Below are positions 34,295 to 42,687 of a stretch of DNA of 64,000 nt, piece after piece. The first letter of the stretch is position 1. The number at the start of each line of letters is the position of its first letter. The notes below the pieces were generated by a model that saw only the letters and a program-made list of their open reading frames with translations, did no database searches and was not told where the DNA came from. The translations under genes were made by a program, and so were the position numbers. The DNA comes from an uncultured Candidatus Saccharibacteria bacterium (GTDB taxonomy: Bacteria > Patescibacteriota > Saccharimonadia > Saccharimonadales > JAGQNJ01): assembly GCA_964602865.1 (NCBI GenBank), contig CAZRSX010000004.1:20388-84387 (forward strand), in the 5' to 3' direction.

Positions 34295-34864
34295 TTAGGC
34301 TTTAGGGTCATAAATGCTTATTGAAAGGTGCACACGTTCTTTCTGAGAGGCGTTGAGTGCAGTGTGGGGTAGTGTAGTACTGAATACGTACAGTCTCCCG
34401 TCTACCGCCACGTGACACATTTCTCCATTCCTGCACGCTACGAAACAGTCAGGGTTTGTTCGTATGGCCAACTGTGCATGAGGGGCTGCATCTTGGTGCA
34501 TTGTAATGATTGTTGTTGGCGGTAATACGCTAAGACGCATAATACTAAAGGCAAACGGCAGACTTTTAACAAGGCTCGAGAGATTTGTGTTTTGATACTC
34601 TTTTTTCAGCACCGCTTGTGTGTCACGATCAAAAAAGCCGCCCTTATTAAGCTCGTCATAATGAATAATGCCTGCTTCATCCTTCTCTGGGTCTGGTGCT
34701 TCGGTGAGTAGAATAGAATACGGTTTTGTGAAATCAGTTTCAGGCGAAGCATTGTGTTTATACGCTGCTAGTAATTTCTCGCAATCCTCAACGATAAGAT
34801 CTGTGTTTATGCTTAACTCAATGACATCCTGTAGGAAATCCTTTGATACTTGTACTTTTTTCAT
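34295..34864 (-). CDS. Aspartyl/asparaginyl beta-hydroxylase-like cupin (2OG/Fe(II) oxygenase), tentative
   Basis: HQD ... LPHTALNAS ... KERVHL fits the HxD...H...R arrangement. Confidence 0.45.
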   Translation of the reverse strand: MKKVQVSKDFLQDVIELSINTDLIVEDCEKLLAAYKHNASPETDFTKPYSILLTEAPDPEKDEAGIIHYDELNKGGFFDRDTQAVLKKEYQNTNLSSLVKSLPFAFSIMRLSVLPPTTIITMHQDAAPHAQLAIRTNPDCFVACRNGEMCHVAVDGRLYVFSTTLPHTALNASQKERVHLSISIYDPKA

Positions 34865-35037
34865 TTCATACCTTCTGCTGTTAATCTAACTCTAAATGAA
34901 AAGTTTTTGCAAACACTTATAAAAAGCAAACCTGCGCAATAGCCAACTGTGGTTCGCATGCCAGGTGCTGTTTTTGAGCAAATTTTAACGCTAGCTTTGA
35001 TGCTCACAAGCCTACTTTGCTATACTAAGAACAATTT

Positions 35038-35433
35038 ATGACAACACAAAAAATTACCGTTGTTGAAGACGAGCCCGCTATTTGCAACATGTATAAAATG
35101 AAGCTTGCGAGTTCTGGGTTTGATGTCAGCGTTGCGTTTAATGGCAAAGAAGGCCTTGAGGTCGTCGAAAAACACAAGCCCACCCTCATATTGCTGGATA
35201 TCAAAATGCCGGTCATGAGCGGCGATGAAATGCTTGAGAAGCTCCGCCAAACAGATTGGGGTGCCGATATTCGCGTGATTATTTTGACCAACATCAGCCG
35301 CGATGAGGCGCCGCATAACTTACGACTGCTGAATATTGACCGCTACATTGTCAAAGCCCACTACACACCGACACAAGTGATTGATATCGTCAACGAAGTC
35401 CTTGGCCTGCCAAATAAGCCGCCGCGCCGATAA
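35038..35433 (+). CDS. Single-domain response regulator, RR-2
   Basis: ITVVEDE...TLILLDIKMPVMSG...VIILTN...KA. Confidence 0.9.
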   Translation: MTTQKITVVEDEPAICNMYKMKLASSGFDVSVAFNGKEGLEVVEKHKPTLILLDIKMPVMSGDEMLEKLRQTDWGADIRVIILTNISRDEAPHNLRLLNIDRYIVKAHYTPTQVIDIVNEVLGLPNKPPRR

Positions 35434-35451
35434 CATGATAAGATTAAACAT

Positions 35452-35823
35452 ATGCCAGCAAAAGTAGCCATCATCGAAGACGACCAAGCTATCTCACAGA
35501 TGTATCGTATTAAGTTTGAGAGTGAGGGGTATAGTGTTGAGACGGCTGAGAATGGGAAGTTAGGCTTAGCGTTAGCAGAGACTATGAAGCCAGACATTAT
35601 TCTGTTGGACTTAATGATGCCCGAGATGACTGGTGATGAGATGTTGAAGAAACTGAGAGCTACCACATGGGGTAAGACCATCAAGGTGGTGATATTGACG
35701 AATATGGGGGAGCAAGAAATCCCTGACGACGTTAAAAAACTCGGTGTCGTGGCAGTGATTTTGAAGGCCGACATGACCCCGCGCCAAGTCGCGGAACTCG
35801 TCAAAACACAACTCAAAACATAG
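35452..35823 (+). CDS. Single-domain response regulator, RR-3
   Basis: Receiver motifs; shares the 243-bp identical block with RR-1, then diverges. Confidence 0.9.
   Translation: MPAKVAIIEDDQAISQMYRIKFESEGYSVETAENGKLGLALAETMKPDIILLDLMMPEMTGDEMLKKLRATTWGKTIKVVILTNMGEQEIPDDVKKLGVVAVILKADMTPRQVAELVKTQLKT
35470..35712 (+). repeat. 243-bp perfect direct repeat, copy 2
   Basis: Identical to 30661-30903. Confidence 0.95.
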
Positions 35824-35840
35824 CACCACATGCTTATGTT

Positions 35841-35871
35841 TTGACAGATATCAAAACATAACTGGTACAAT
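35841..35871 (+). promoter_or_regulatory. Candidate promoter TTGACA-19-TGgTACAAT, 6 nt before the murD ATG (leaderless geometry)
   Basis: TTGACAgatatcaaaacataacTGGTACAATagctgtATG. Confidence 0.5.
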
Positions 35872-35877
35872 AGCTGT

Positions 35878-37242
35878 ATGAAGATTGCGATTTTAGGTTA
35901 CGGCGACCAAGGCCGCGCTGCTTTTGAGTACTGGAACAAACCAGGCAACGAGATCACCATCTGCGATCAAAAACAACTTGATGGTCTGCCGGCCGATGCA
36001 CAGACCAAACTCGGCGGTGACCATCTGATGGACCTTGAAGCATTTGATCTCATCGTGCGGTCTCCCAGTGTACACCCGAGCGACATAGTCGCTGCCAACC
36101 CCGACCATCCGGAAGTCATGAGCCGTGTCACGACTGTTACCAACGAGTTTTTTAAGGTCTGTCTCAGCAAAAACATCATCGGGGTGACCGGCACAAAGGG
36201 CAAAGGCACGACATCGACACTTATCACCGAGATCTTGAAAGCCGCCGGACACCGCGTGCATCTTGGGGGGAATATCGGCACCCCGCCACTCGACCTGCTG
36301 CATGAGGGCATCGTGCCAGTCGATTGGGTCGTGCTGGAGCTAGCCAACTTTCAACTGATTGACCTGCATTATTCGCCAAAAATTGCCGTCTGCCTGATGA
36401 TTGCCGCCGAGCACCTGAATTGGCACAAAGATATGTACGAATACATTACCGCCAAACAGCAGTTGTTCATCCACCAAAGCCGTGACAACGTGGCAATTTA
36501 CAATGCGCGTGACTTATATTCCGAAGAAATTGCCGCCGCATCTCATGCAGCAAAAATAACCTACGAGGTGCCGCCACTAGAGGAAGAGGCCCTTGACACC
36601 AGCGGTGTGTACGTTGAAGACGATCATATCATCGCCTTCGGTAAAAAGGTTTGTAGCGTCCAAGACGTGGCCTTGCTCGGTCGGCACAACCTGGAAAATG
36701 TCTGCGCTGCCATCGCTGCAACCTGGGAAATCATCAAACACGATTCCGGCCTCATCAAGAAAGTTTTGCGCGGCTTCCCCGGCCTGCCCCACCGCCTAGA
36801 GATCATTAAACAAATCAAGGGTGTATGGTATGTCAATGACTCATTCGGTACTACACCCGAAACGGCGGTCGTAGCACTGCAGACCTTCAAGCAGCCCAAG
36901 GTACTTATCGTCGGAGGTTCGGATAAGGGTTCGGACTATTCACAACTTGCCGCCGCGATTTTACAGGCCGATATCCGTCATATCGTGGCGATCGGGCAAA
37001 CCGGACCACGGGTTATTGAGCTCATGAAAGCCCAAGCAAACGGCAAAAAGATAAACTATACCGTCCTGGACATGTCTGCCGACATGAATAAAATTGTCCA
37101 AACGGCTCAGGCGCAAGCCAGAAAAGGCGACGTTATCTTGCTTTCGACGGGCAGCGCCAGCTTTGGCATGTTTGCAAACTACAAAGATCGCGGCGAACAG
37201 TTCAGAGCTACTGTGCAAGCACTTGCCGCAACTGCGAAATAA
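35878..37242 (+). CDS. murD: UDP-N-acetylmuramoylalanine--D-glutamate ligase
   Basis: Mur ligase P-loop GVTGTKGKGTT. MurD-type N-terminal Rossmann ILGYGDQG. Sits next to murI. Confidence 0.85.
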   Translation: MKIAILGYGDQGRAAFEYWNKPGNEITICDQKQLDGLPADAQTKLGGDHLMDLEAFDLIVRSPSVHPSDIVAANPDHPEVMSRVTTVTNEFFKVCLSKNIIGVTGTKGKGTTSTLITEILKAAGHRVHLGGNIGTPPLDLLHEGIVPVDWVVLELANFQLIDLHYSPKIAVCLMIAAEHLNWHKDMYEYITAKQQLFIHQSRDNVAIYNARDLYSEEIAAASHAAKITYEVPPLEEEALDTSGVYVEDDHIIAFGKKVCSVQDVALLGRHNLENVCAAIAATWEIIKHDSGLIKKVLRGFPGLPHRLEIIKQIKGVWYVNDSFGTTPETAVVALQTFKQPKVLIVGGSDKGSDYSQLAAAILQADIRHIVAIGQTGPRVIELMKAQANGKKINYTVLDMSADMNKIVQTAQAQARKGDVILLSTGSASFGMFANYKDRGEQFRATVQALAATAK

Positions 37243-37852
37243 CCGGTTGTTCTGGCTGCAGAACTATCGCCCGACCTGTTGCTTTTTTCGTAATAATATC
37301 CTCTATCCAGTGGTAGTGCGTACAGCCAAGCACAATAACATCTGCGCCGGCTTGGCATACATCCTCGGTGACTTTTTCGATTGTGTGCCGGTCGATCTCA
37401 CTGTTTTCAATCATAGAAGACCAGTCGCTACAGTCAGGCTGTAGCACGCGAACCCCTGCCGCATAGGTTGTTTTGAGCCACTGGTAGCGCGCGCTTGCAA
37501 GCGTGGTTGGCGTTGCAAAAATCGCCACCGTCTTTGACGTTGTGTGTTCGGCAGCCGGTTTGACCATCGGCTCCATACCAACCAGCGGCACATCTAATGC
37601 CTTGCGAAGCTCTGGTGCTAGCGTCGTCGTCACCGTGTTGCAGGCAACGACGATGACATTGCACTGCTGTTGCATGTCACGCAAAATCGGCAGCACCAGT
37701 TTCATAAGTTCGTCTGGCGACTTTGTGCCGTATGGAACATTTTTTGTGTCGTTGACAAACAGTACTTTGTGCTCTGGCATTGCCTTTTCGATAGCGCGAA
37801 CAACGCTCAAACCACCAACACCAGAGTCAAATACACCGATTACTTTACTCAT
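37208..37852 (-). CDS. murI: Glutamate racemase
   Basis: IGVFDSGVGGLSV, VVACNT, LGCTHY. Start at MSKVIG (track ORF extends to 37891). Confidence 0.85.
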   Translation of the reverse strand: MSKVIGVFDSGVGGLSVVRAIEKAMPEHKVLFVNDTKNVPYGTKSPDELMKLVLPILRDMQQQCNVIVVACNTVTTTLAPELRKALDVPLVGMEPMVKPAAEHTTSKTVAIFATPTTLASARYQWLKTTYAAGVRVLQPDCSDWSSMIENSEIDRHTIEKVTEDVCQAGADVIVLGCTHYHWIEDIITKKATGRAIVLQPEQPVISQLRQVLAQ

Positions 37853-38663
37853 TCGCAACCGTAGTGCGAGCAGCGCGGATGACATTATCAAAAAGCGCCG
37901 AAACCGTCAGCGGGCCAACACCGCCTTTTTCGGGCGTAATCGTTATGCCTGGCAGCTCGCGCACGTCGGCTGCCACGTCGCCAACCAAGCCATTGCTGTC
38001 TGTGGCCACGCCAGCATCGACAATAATTGCGTCCGGCTTGACCATGTCGGCGCGAATCAGCCCCGGTACACCGGTCGCCGACACCAGGATATCGGCACGC
38101 CTGGTTACTTCGCCTAAGTTCTGGACGTTTTTGTCTGCCACCTCGACATCATAGCCCGAAGCTTGCCACATGTTCGCCAGCGGCCGTCCGACCAGCCGGC
38201 CATGGCCGACAATCACAACATGCTTGCCAGTAAAATCAACGTTGTAGCCAGCGAGCAGCCAACTGATGGCCAACGGTGTTGGTGCGTCGTACACCGTCTC
38301 TTTTGCCAGGCCGTCAACGTCTTTTTCGGGTGCGACCGCATTCAAGACTTCATCTGTTTTGGAGCGATCCGGCAACGGAATCTGCACGATAATGCCGTGC
38401 ACGCTGTCGTCACGATTGAGCGTCTGGATTGTTGCTATCGCTTCGGATTGGTCAATCGTTTTAACGTCAACCTCAACCAATATATCCGCCCCATAATTGC
38501 TTTTTATCTTCATGTAACTATCAACGATCGCGTCTGGATTTGTGCGGATAATGACCAATTTTGGTGCAATGCCGTGGGCTTGGCGCAACGCTCGCACCTG
38601 TTTGGCTTGCCGTTCTTTGATATAGCCGACCAGCTCCGAACCATTCAATAATTTTTTTGCCAT
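37845..38663 (-). CDS. folD: Bifunctional methylenetetrahydrofolate dehydrogenase/cyclohydrolase
   Basis: GIIVQIPLP, VVIVGHGRLVGRPL, ITPEKGGVGPLT. Confidence 0.9.
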   Translation of the reverse strand: MAKKLLNGSELVGYIKERQAKQVRALRQAHGIAPKLVIIRTNPDAIVDSYMKIKSNYGADILVEVDVKTIDQSEAIATIQTLNRDDSVHGIIVQIPLPDRSKTDEVLNAVAPEKDVDGLAKETVYDAPTPLAISWLLAGYNVDFTGKHVVIVGHGRLVGRPLANMWQASGYDVEVADKNVQNLGEVTRRADILVSATGVPGLIRADMVKPDAIIVDAGVATDSNGLVGDVAADVRELPGITITPEKGGVGPLTVSALFDNVIRAARTTVANE

Positions 38664-38742
38664 ATGTTATCGATTATTATACCACAATTAACAGAGGAGG
38701 TCCGCTTGAACCCCCTCGTTGTTTTTTGGCTTTTTCGTAAAA

Positions 38743-39204
38743 TTAGGCTTTCTTTGGCGTAGCTGGCTTGGTGTATTTTGCATCACTGAATGCCAAAATT
38801 GGGAAACCGACCACCGGCACCAAGATAAGCAGTACAGCGTACACGGTGTCCTTGCCAAAGGCTTTGGCCAGTTCAATCGCAATCAGTACATAGAGTACAA
38901 ATGCTGCAATTCCAGCAAAAATACCTAGTAGCGGAATGATAGCGCCAAGTCCAACCAACGCCCACCAGCCTGGCTTGCCAGCAATTTCGGCCAATACCCA
39001 ACCGTTATAAACAGGAATGATGGCTTTCCAGCCTTCAACACCGGCTTTTTCGAAGATTTTCCACATTGAAATGATCATGACTGCAGCAACTGCCAGCCAG
39101 ATGATCAAAAATACGCCGCTAAAGAGCGCGAGTCCGGCAGCAGTGCCGTTGTTGACCTCTGTTGTTGTATATGTATATGTTGTTTGAGCTAATGCATCGA
39201 GCAT
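38743..39204 (-). CDS. DUF5684-like small membrane protein
   Basis: MWKIFEKAGVEGWKAIIPVYNGWVLAEIAGKPGWW signature. Confidence 0.6.
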   Translation of the reverse strand: MLDALAQTTYTYTTTEVNNGTAAGLALFSGVFLIIWLAVAAVMIISMWKIFEKAGVEGWKAIIPVYNGWVLAEIAGKPGWWALVGLGAIIPLLGIFAGIAAFVLYVLIAIELAKAFGKDTVYAVLLILVPVVGFPILAFSDAKYTKPATPKKA

Positions 39205-39502
39205 TGTATCCCCTCCAGATTATTGCTATTACCTGCATTATACTGCTGATAATTGTTTCGTGCAAAGAGTTATGCACAGATTTACAACAGGGGCGATTCC
39301 TGATACAATAGCGACCTGCAAAAGCCGCTGGCAGCTTGCTTGGCTTTAGGCTCATGCTAGGAAGACCCTTGTTTGCGAAATTAGGTGTATACAAATACAC
39401 CTGGTTGAGCAAATCAAGGAGGCTGACAACGCAGGAGCCAAAGAGCATAAACGGAGTTTTTGGCTCCGACAAAAAGCAGGTTTATGCGGCCAAGCAAGCT
39501 GG

Positions 39503-39579
39503 GGGCCATTAGCTCAGCTGGTTAGAGCACCTGCCTCTTAAGCAGGGTGTCCTGGGTTCGAGTCCCAGATGGCCCTCCA
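39503..39579 (+). tRNA. tRNA-Lys (anticodon CUU), CCA encoded
   Basis: GGGCCATTAGCTCAGCTGGTTAGAGCACCTGCCTCTTAAGCAGGGTGTCCTGGGTTCGAGTCCCAGATGGCCCTCCA. Confidence 0.9.
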
Positions 39580-39779
39580 TCCTCCGTCGCAAATCCTTTT
39601 AAGGATTAGCTATGGAGGATTTTGGTTTTATGTGGGGCTTGATCCAAGACACGCCTCAAGGGTGTCTTGGGGGAGAACAGCCAGTGGCTGTTCGGACGGA
39701 AACCTTCCGATGGCAACTGGTTTGCCAATCGTGAAGTTTTGGGGTCGCGGAACGTGACCGAGTCCCAGATGGCCCTCCA
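39580..39779 (+). repeat. 179-nt hairpin-rich insert followed by a second perfect 21-nt copy of the tRNA-Lys 3' end
   Basis: cgagtcccagatggccctcca occurs at 39559-39579 and 39759-39779 (exactly 200 bp apart). Insert stems: AATCCTT/AAGGATT, CAAGACAC/GTGTCTTG, ACAGCCA/TGGCTGT. Confidence 0.7.
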
Positions 39780-39787
39780 ATTCAAGT

Positions 39788-39807
39788 AGCCCCAAAAGGG
39801 GCTTTTT
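39788..39807 (+). terminator. Intrinsic terminator
   Basis: AGCCCCaaaaGGGGCTTTTT after the second tRNA-end copy. Confidence 0.7.
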
Positions 39808-39943
39808 GTTTAGAAAGTTTGGTGTTCTTCAAAGACGCAAGTTCCGAGCTGACTAGAAGTAAGTCGAGCCTCTCCTGACCTTCCAAACGTAGATTAAATA
39901 AGACAGAAGCAATTTACCCTTGTCTTTTGTTACTATAGTTTAC

Positions 39944-40459
39944 ATGCAAAGAGTTTCAGTTGTAGGGTGTCCCGGTGCTGGCAAGAGTGTTTTTTCTGCG
40001 CATCTTCATTCGCTCACCACATTGCCGCTTATATATCTTGACACTATGTATCACGATTCAAAACATAACTACAAAAATGATGTAAAAGGTTGGCAGAAGG
40101 CGGTGGGGAACATAGTAGCTGGACAGAAATGGATTATGGACGGGGACTTCGTTAACACTTTTGATGCAAGGTTTGAAGCATCTGATACAATTATATTCCT
40201 TGATTTTCCCACACTTGTCTGCCTACTACACGCTATCAGAAGAAGATTAGATTATCGGCGCCACCCAAGACTGGAAATGCCGAGACATTGGAAGGAAAGG
40301 TTGCCTCTAGAGTTTATCGGCTACATTCTCACGTACCGCAAAAATGAGCGTCCAAAAGTAATTAACTCGTTGAGTAAATGGGAAAGAGACAGGCAAATCT
40401 TAACCTTTCGTAGTGTAAAGCAGGCCGAAGACTACTTACAGAGCATCAGTTTAAGCTAG
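39944..40459 (+). CDS. P-loop NTPase (adenylate-kinase-like / topology-modulation-type)
   Basis: RVSVVGCPGAGKS Walker A. About 170 aa. Start at the ATG after TATAGT. Confidence 0.6.
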   Translation: MQRVSVVGCPGAGKSVFSAHLHSLTTLPLIYLDTMYHDSKHNYKNDVKGWQKAVGNIVAGQKWIMDGDFVNTFDARFEASDTIIFLDFPTLVCLLHAIRRRLDYRRHPRLEMPRHWKERLPLEFIGYILTYRKNERPKVINSLSKWERDRQILTFRSVKQAEDYLQSISLS

Positions 40460-40546
40460 TTTTAAAAACATCGACTTGGATCTCCGAGATTACTGCGTCT
40501 ACCCAAGGTCTTGACAGCATAATCTAACGTATATACAATAGATTAT

Positions 40547-40822
40547 ATGAAAACCGCGGTCGTAAACTTCAAAACTGATGATGCCACTAAGGCCAAGGCT
40601 CAAGCCGTGGCTAAGCAGATAGGTATTCCTCTCAGCAATCTGCTTAATGCCTATCTCTATGAGTTGGCTTCCACCGGAAGCGTACACTTCACGGCTTCAG
40701 AACCAATGACCGAAAAAATGGAACAGCTCATCGCTACTGCGGAAAAAGAAATTGCCGCGGGCAAAGTCAGTGAACCATTTGAGACCTTAGAAGAAATGTT
40801 TGAGCACCTGGATAACCTGTGA
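40547..40822 (+). CDS. RelB/DinJ family antitoxin
   Basis: VNFKTDDATKAKAQAVAKQIGIPLSNLLNAYL is DinJ-like; overlaps the toxin gene by 4 nt. Confidence 0.75.
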   Translation: MKTAVVNFKTDDATKAKAQAVAKQIGIPLSNLLNAYLYELASTGSVHFTASEPMTEKMEQLIATAEKEIAAGKVSEPFETLEEMFEHLDNL

Positions 40823-41079
40823 TGGTTATTAAAACCACTAAGTCCTTCGACAAACAATACGCTAAACTAAACGTTAAAATAAAAATTTCATTTAAGGGGC
40901 GGGTTGAGATATTCAAAGGCAACCCATTCGATGCAAGGTTGCGAAATCACGCACTCAAGGGTAAGTATCTAGGTTACAGGAGTATAGATATAACCGGAGA
41001 CGTGCGAGCCTTGTATACGGTTCGGGGCGACACGGTTATCATCTTTGGCTTTATTGGCACGCACAGTCAGCTATACTGA
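40819..41079 (+). CDS. RelE/YafQ family mRNA-interferase toxin
   Basis: KSFDKQYAKL...NPFDARLRNHALKGKYLGYRSIDITGDVRALY...GTHSQLY. Confidence 0.8.
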   Translation: MMVIKTTKSFDKQYAKLNVKIKISFKGRVEIFKGNPFDARLRNHALKGKYLGYRSIDITGDVRALYTVRGDTVIIFGFIGTHSQLY

Positions 41080-41553
41080 GGGCTTCCGCCGCCACACTTG
41101 GAAGGTGTAGGTGATGCTGTTCTCTAGGATGGGGTCGCTTTCGGATTTCAGCTCAAACTTGCCCTGAAACTCCGGGAAAAACTTGGTGCAACCAAACTCG
41201 CCTTGGAGCTGCGTGATGTAAAGTTCATCAGCTAAATCCAGCGTGCTGGCGAATAATCCCGCGCCGCCGCCGACCCACACGTCGCCATCGAATTCCTGTA
41301 AAAATTTTCGGGCGTCAGCCACAAGCTCAAAACCGGCCCGCAATTGTTCCGGCTTGGTGGTGGCAACCAAATTGCGCCGGTTTGGCAACGGCTGTTGCTG
41401 CTCAACATACCAGCCGTAGCCCATCATGACCGCACCGCCCTCTGTTTTGGCGCGAAACTGCGCCACGTCGCCCGGAATTTTGCCCTGCCATGGTATGCCG
41501 TGCTCGTTGGCAATACCCCGTTTGCTGTCAATCGCTGCAATAAACCGAATCAT
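41071..41553 (-). CDS. folA: Dihydrofolate reductase
   Basis: MIRFIAAIDSKRGIANEHGIPW...MGYGWY...LPNRRNLV...VWVGGGAGLF. Confidence 0.85.
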   Translation of the reverse strand: MIRFIAAIDSKRGIANEHGIPWQGKIPGDVAQFRAKTEGGAVMMGYGWYVEQQQPLPNRRNLVATTKPEQLRAGFELVADARKFLQEFDGDVWVGGGAGLFASTLDLADELYITQLQGEFGCTKFFPEFQGKFELKSESDPILENSITYTFQVWRRKPSV

Positions 41554-41630
41554 ACTACGTTTAAGTATACCAATCAGAGCGACGCTCACCTATCTCGATA
41601 AGGATAGCGGCAAGAACTATAGTCTGCTCA

Positions 41631-42257
41631 TTAAGAAGTAATCGTGTATCCGTCGTGTGGTTCTACCGCTACTATCGCTGGGCTTGCGTGCTGAGCTTCC
41701 GGAGATAGGGCAACTCTGTTTGGATACTTGGTCATAAAACCTAGGAGTTCGTTTGCATACGTATTGAGGCCGATGCTAACGCACGTCTTTGGGTTCAGTT
41801 CAAATTGACGCAATCTACCGAACGAGTCGCGTACTGTGATTTGTTCTACTGACTGTCTCTCCCGCAAATATGCCCCGGCCATTGCGAGCCGACCAGCGGT
41901 TTCCAGAAGGCCACTTTTTCTTTCGGCCCAAATTTTGTGAGCTGTTTCTTTATCATCTTCAATGCCTTTAGCAGTTTCTATAAAATCATTGACCTTTGTG
42001 TCAATCTTGCCCACGACTCTTACAACACCCTTTACTTCCCTCCGATCGGACGCCGGCGGCTGGGTTATATCAACACCAGCCAAAAACTCCCATGCTCGCT
42101 CAATGCTACCCCGCAACTCCGGAGGTTGGGCGTCACGCAACAGATCATGCATATCGGTCGTACCGAGATCACCGAGTCTGTACTGCAATAGGGTTGTTGC
42201 CGCCTCGAGGACATGCAGAGAAGCTCTCGTACTCATAGAGTACTTATGATACCACAT
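41631..42257 (-). CDS. Hypothetical protein
   Basis: 208-aa ORF; no recognisable motif. Confidence 0.35.
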   Translation of the reverse strand: MWYHKYSMSTRASLHVLEAATTLLQYRLGDLGTTDMHDLLRDAQPPELRGSIERAWEFLAGVDITQPPASDRREVKGVVRVVGKIDTKVNDFIETAKGIEDDKETAHKIWAERKSGLLETAGRLAMAGAYLRERQSVEQITVRDSFGRLRQFELNPKTCVSIGLNTYANELLGFMTKYPNRVALSPEAQHASPAIVAVEPHDGYTITS

Positions 42258-42354
42258 TTATAATAGTTAGTAAATGTCCAGTCTGTCTGAGTCCGGACGA
42301 CATTCGGTTAGAATATACCATATAAAAAGTCCCATAAATGTGAGGCATTTTATA

Positions 42355-42431
42355 TGGTACACCCGGTAGGATTCGAACCTACGACCCCTTGTTCCGAAGA
42401 CAAGTGCTCTAATCCGCTGAGCTACGGGTGC
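42355..42431 (-). tRNA. tRNA-Arg (anticodon UCG), CCA encoded
   Basis: GCACCCGTAGCTCAGCGGATTAGAGCACTTGTCTTCGGAACAAGGGGTCGTAGGTTCGAATCCTACCGGGTGTACCA (G1:U72). Confidence 0.85.
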
Positions 42432-42687
42432 ATATACTGTGTGGATTGAAACGTACGGACTTGCCGGTTGGCCAGCGGATTAGAGCGTGTGCTCGATTTT
42501 ATCCTTGTGCCTTCGGCACAATACTTAAGTTACGGGTGTGCAAAAGACCGAATAATTATAACAGATATTACCTCTGTCCGATACAGTCGGTACGAACAAT
42601 TGGGCAATCCCCGCCCACCGCCGGCGCGACTAGCCCGGAATCAATCAGCCCAAACTCGATAAAAACACGAAATACGTCAGTCTGAAA

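Noticed and set aside
42610-42660. SRP-RNA-like string GCCCGGAATCAATCAGCCC (compare GGUCCGGAAGGAAGCAGCC of 4.5S RNA)
   Set aside because: The GGAA tetraloop would be closed by a C-U mismatch, and the conserved GGAAGCAG side is replaced by TCAATCAG. No supporting helix could be drawn.
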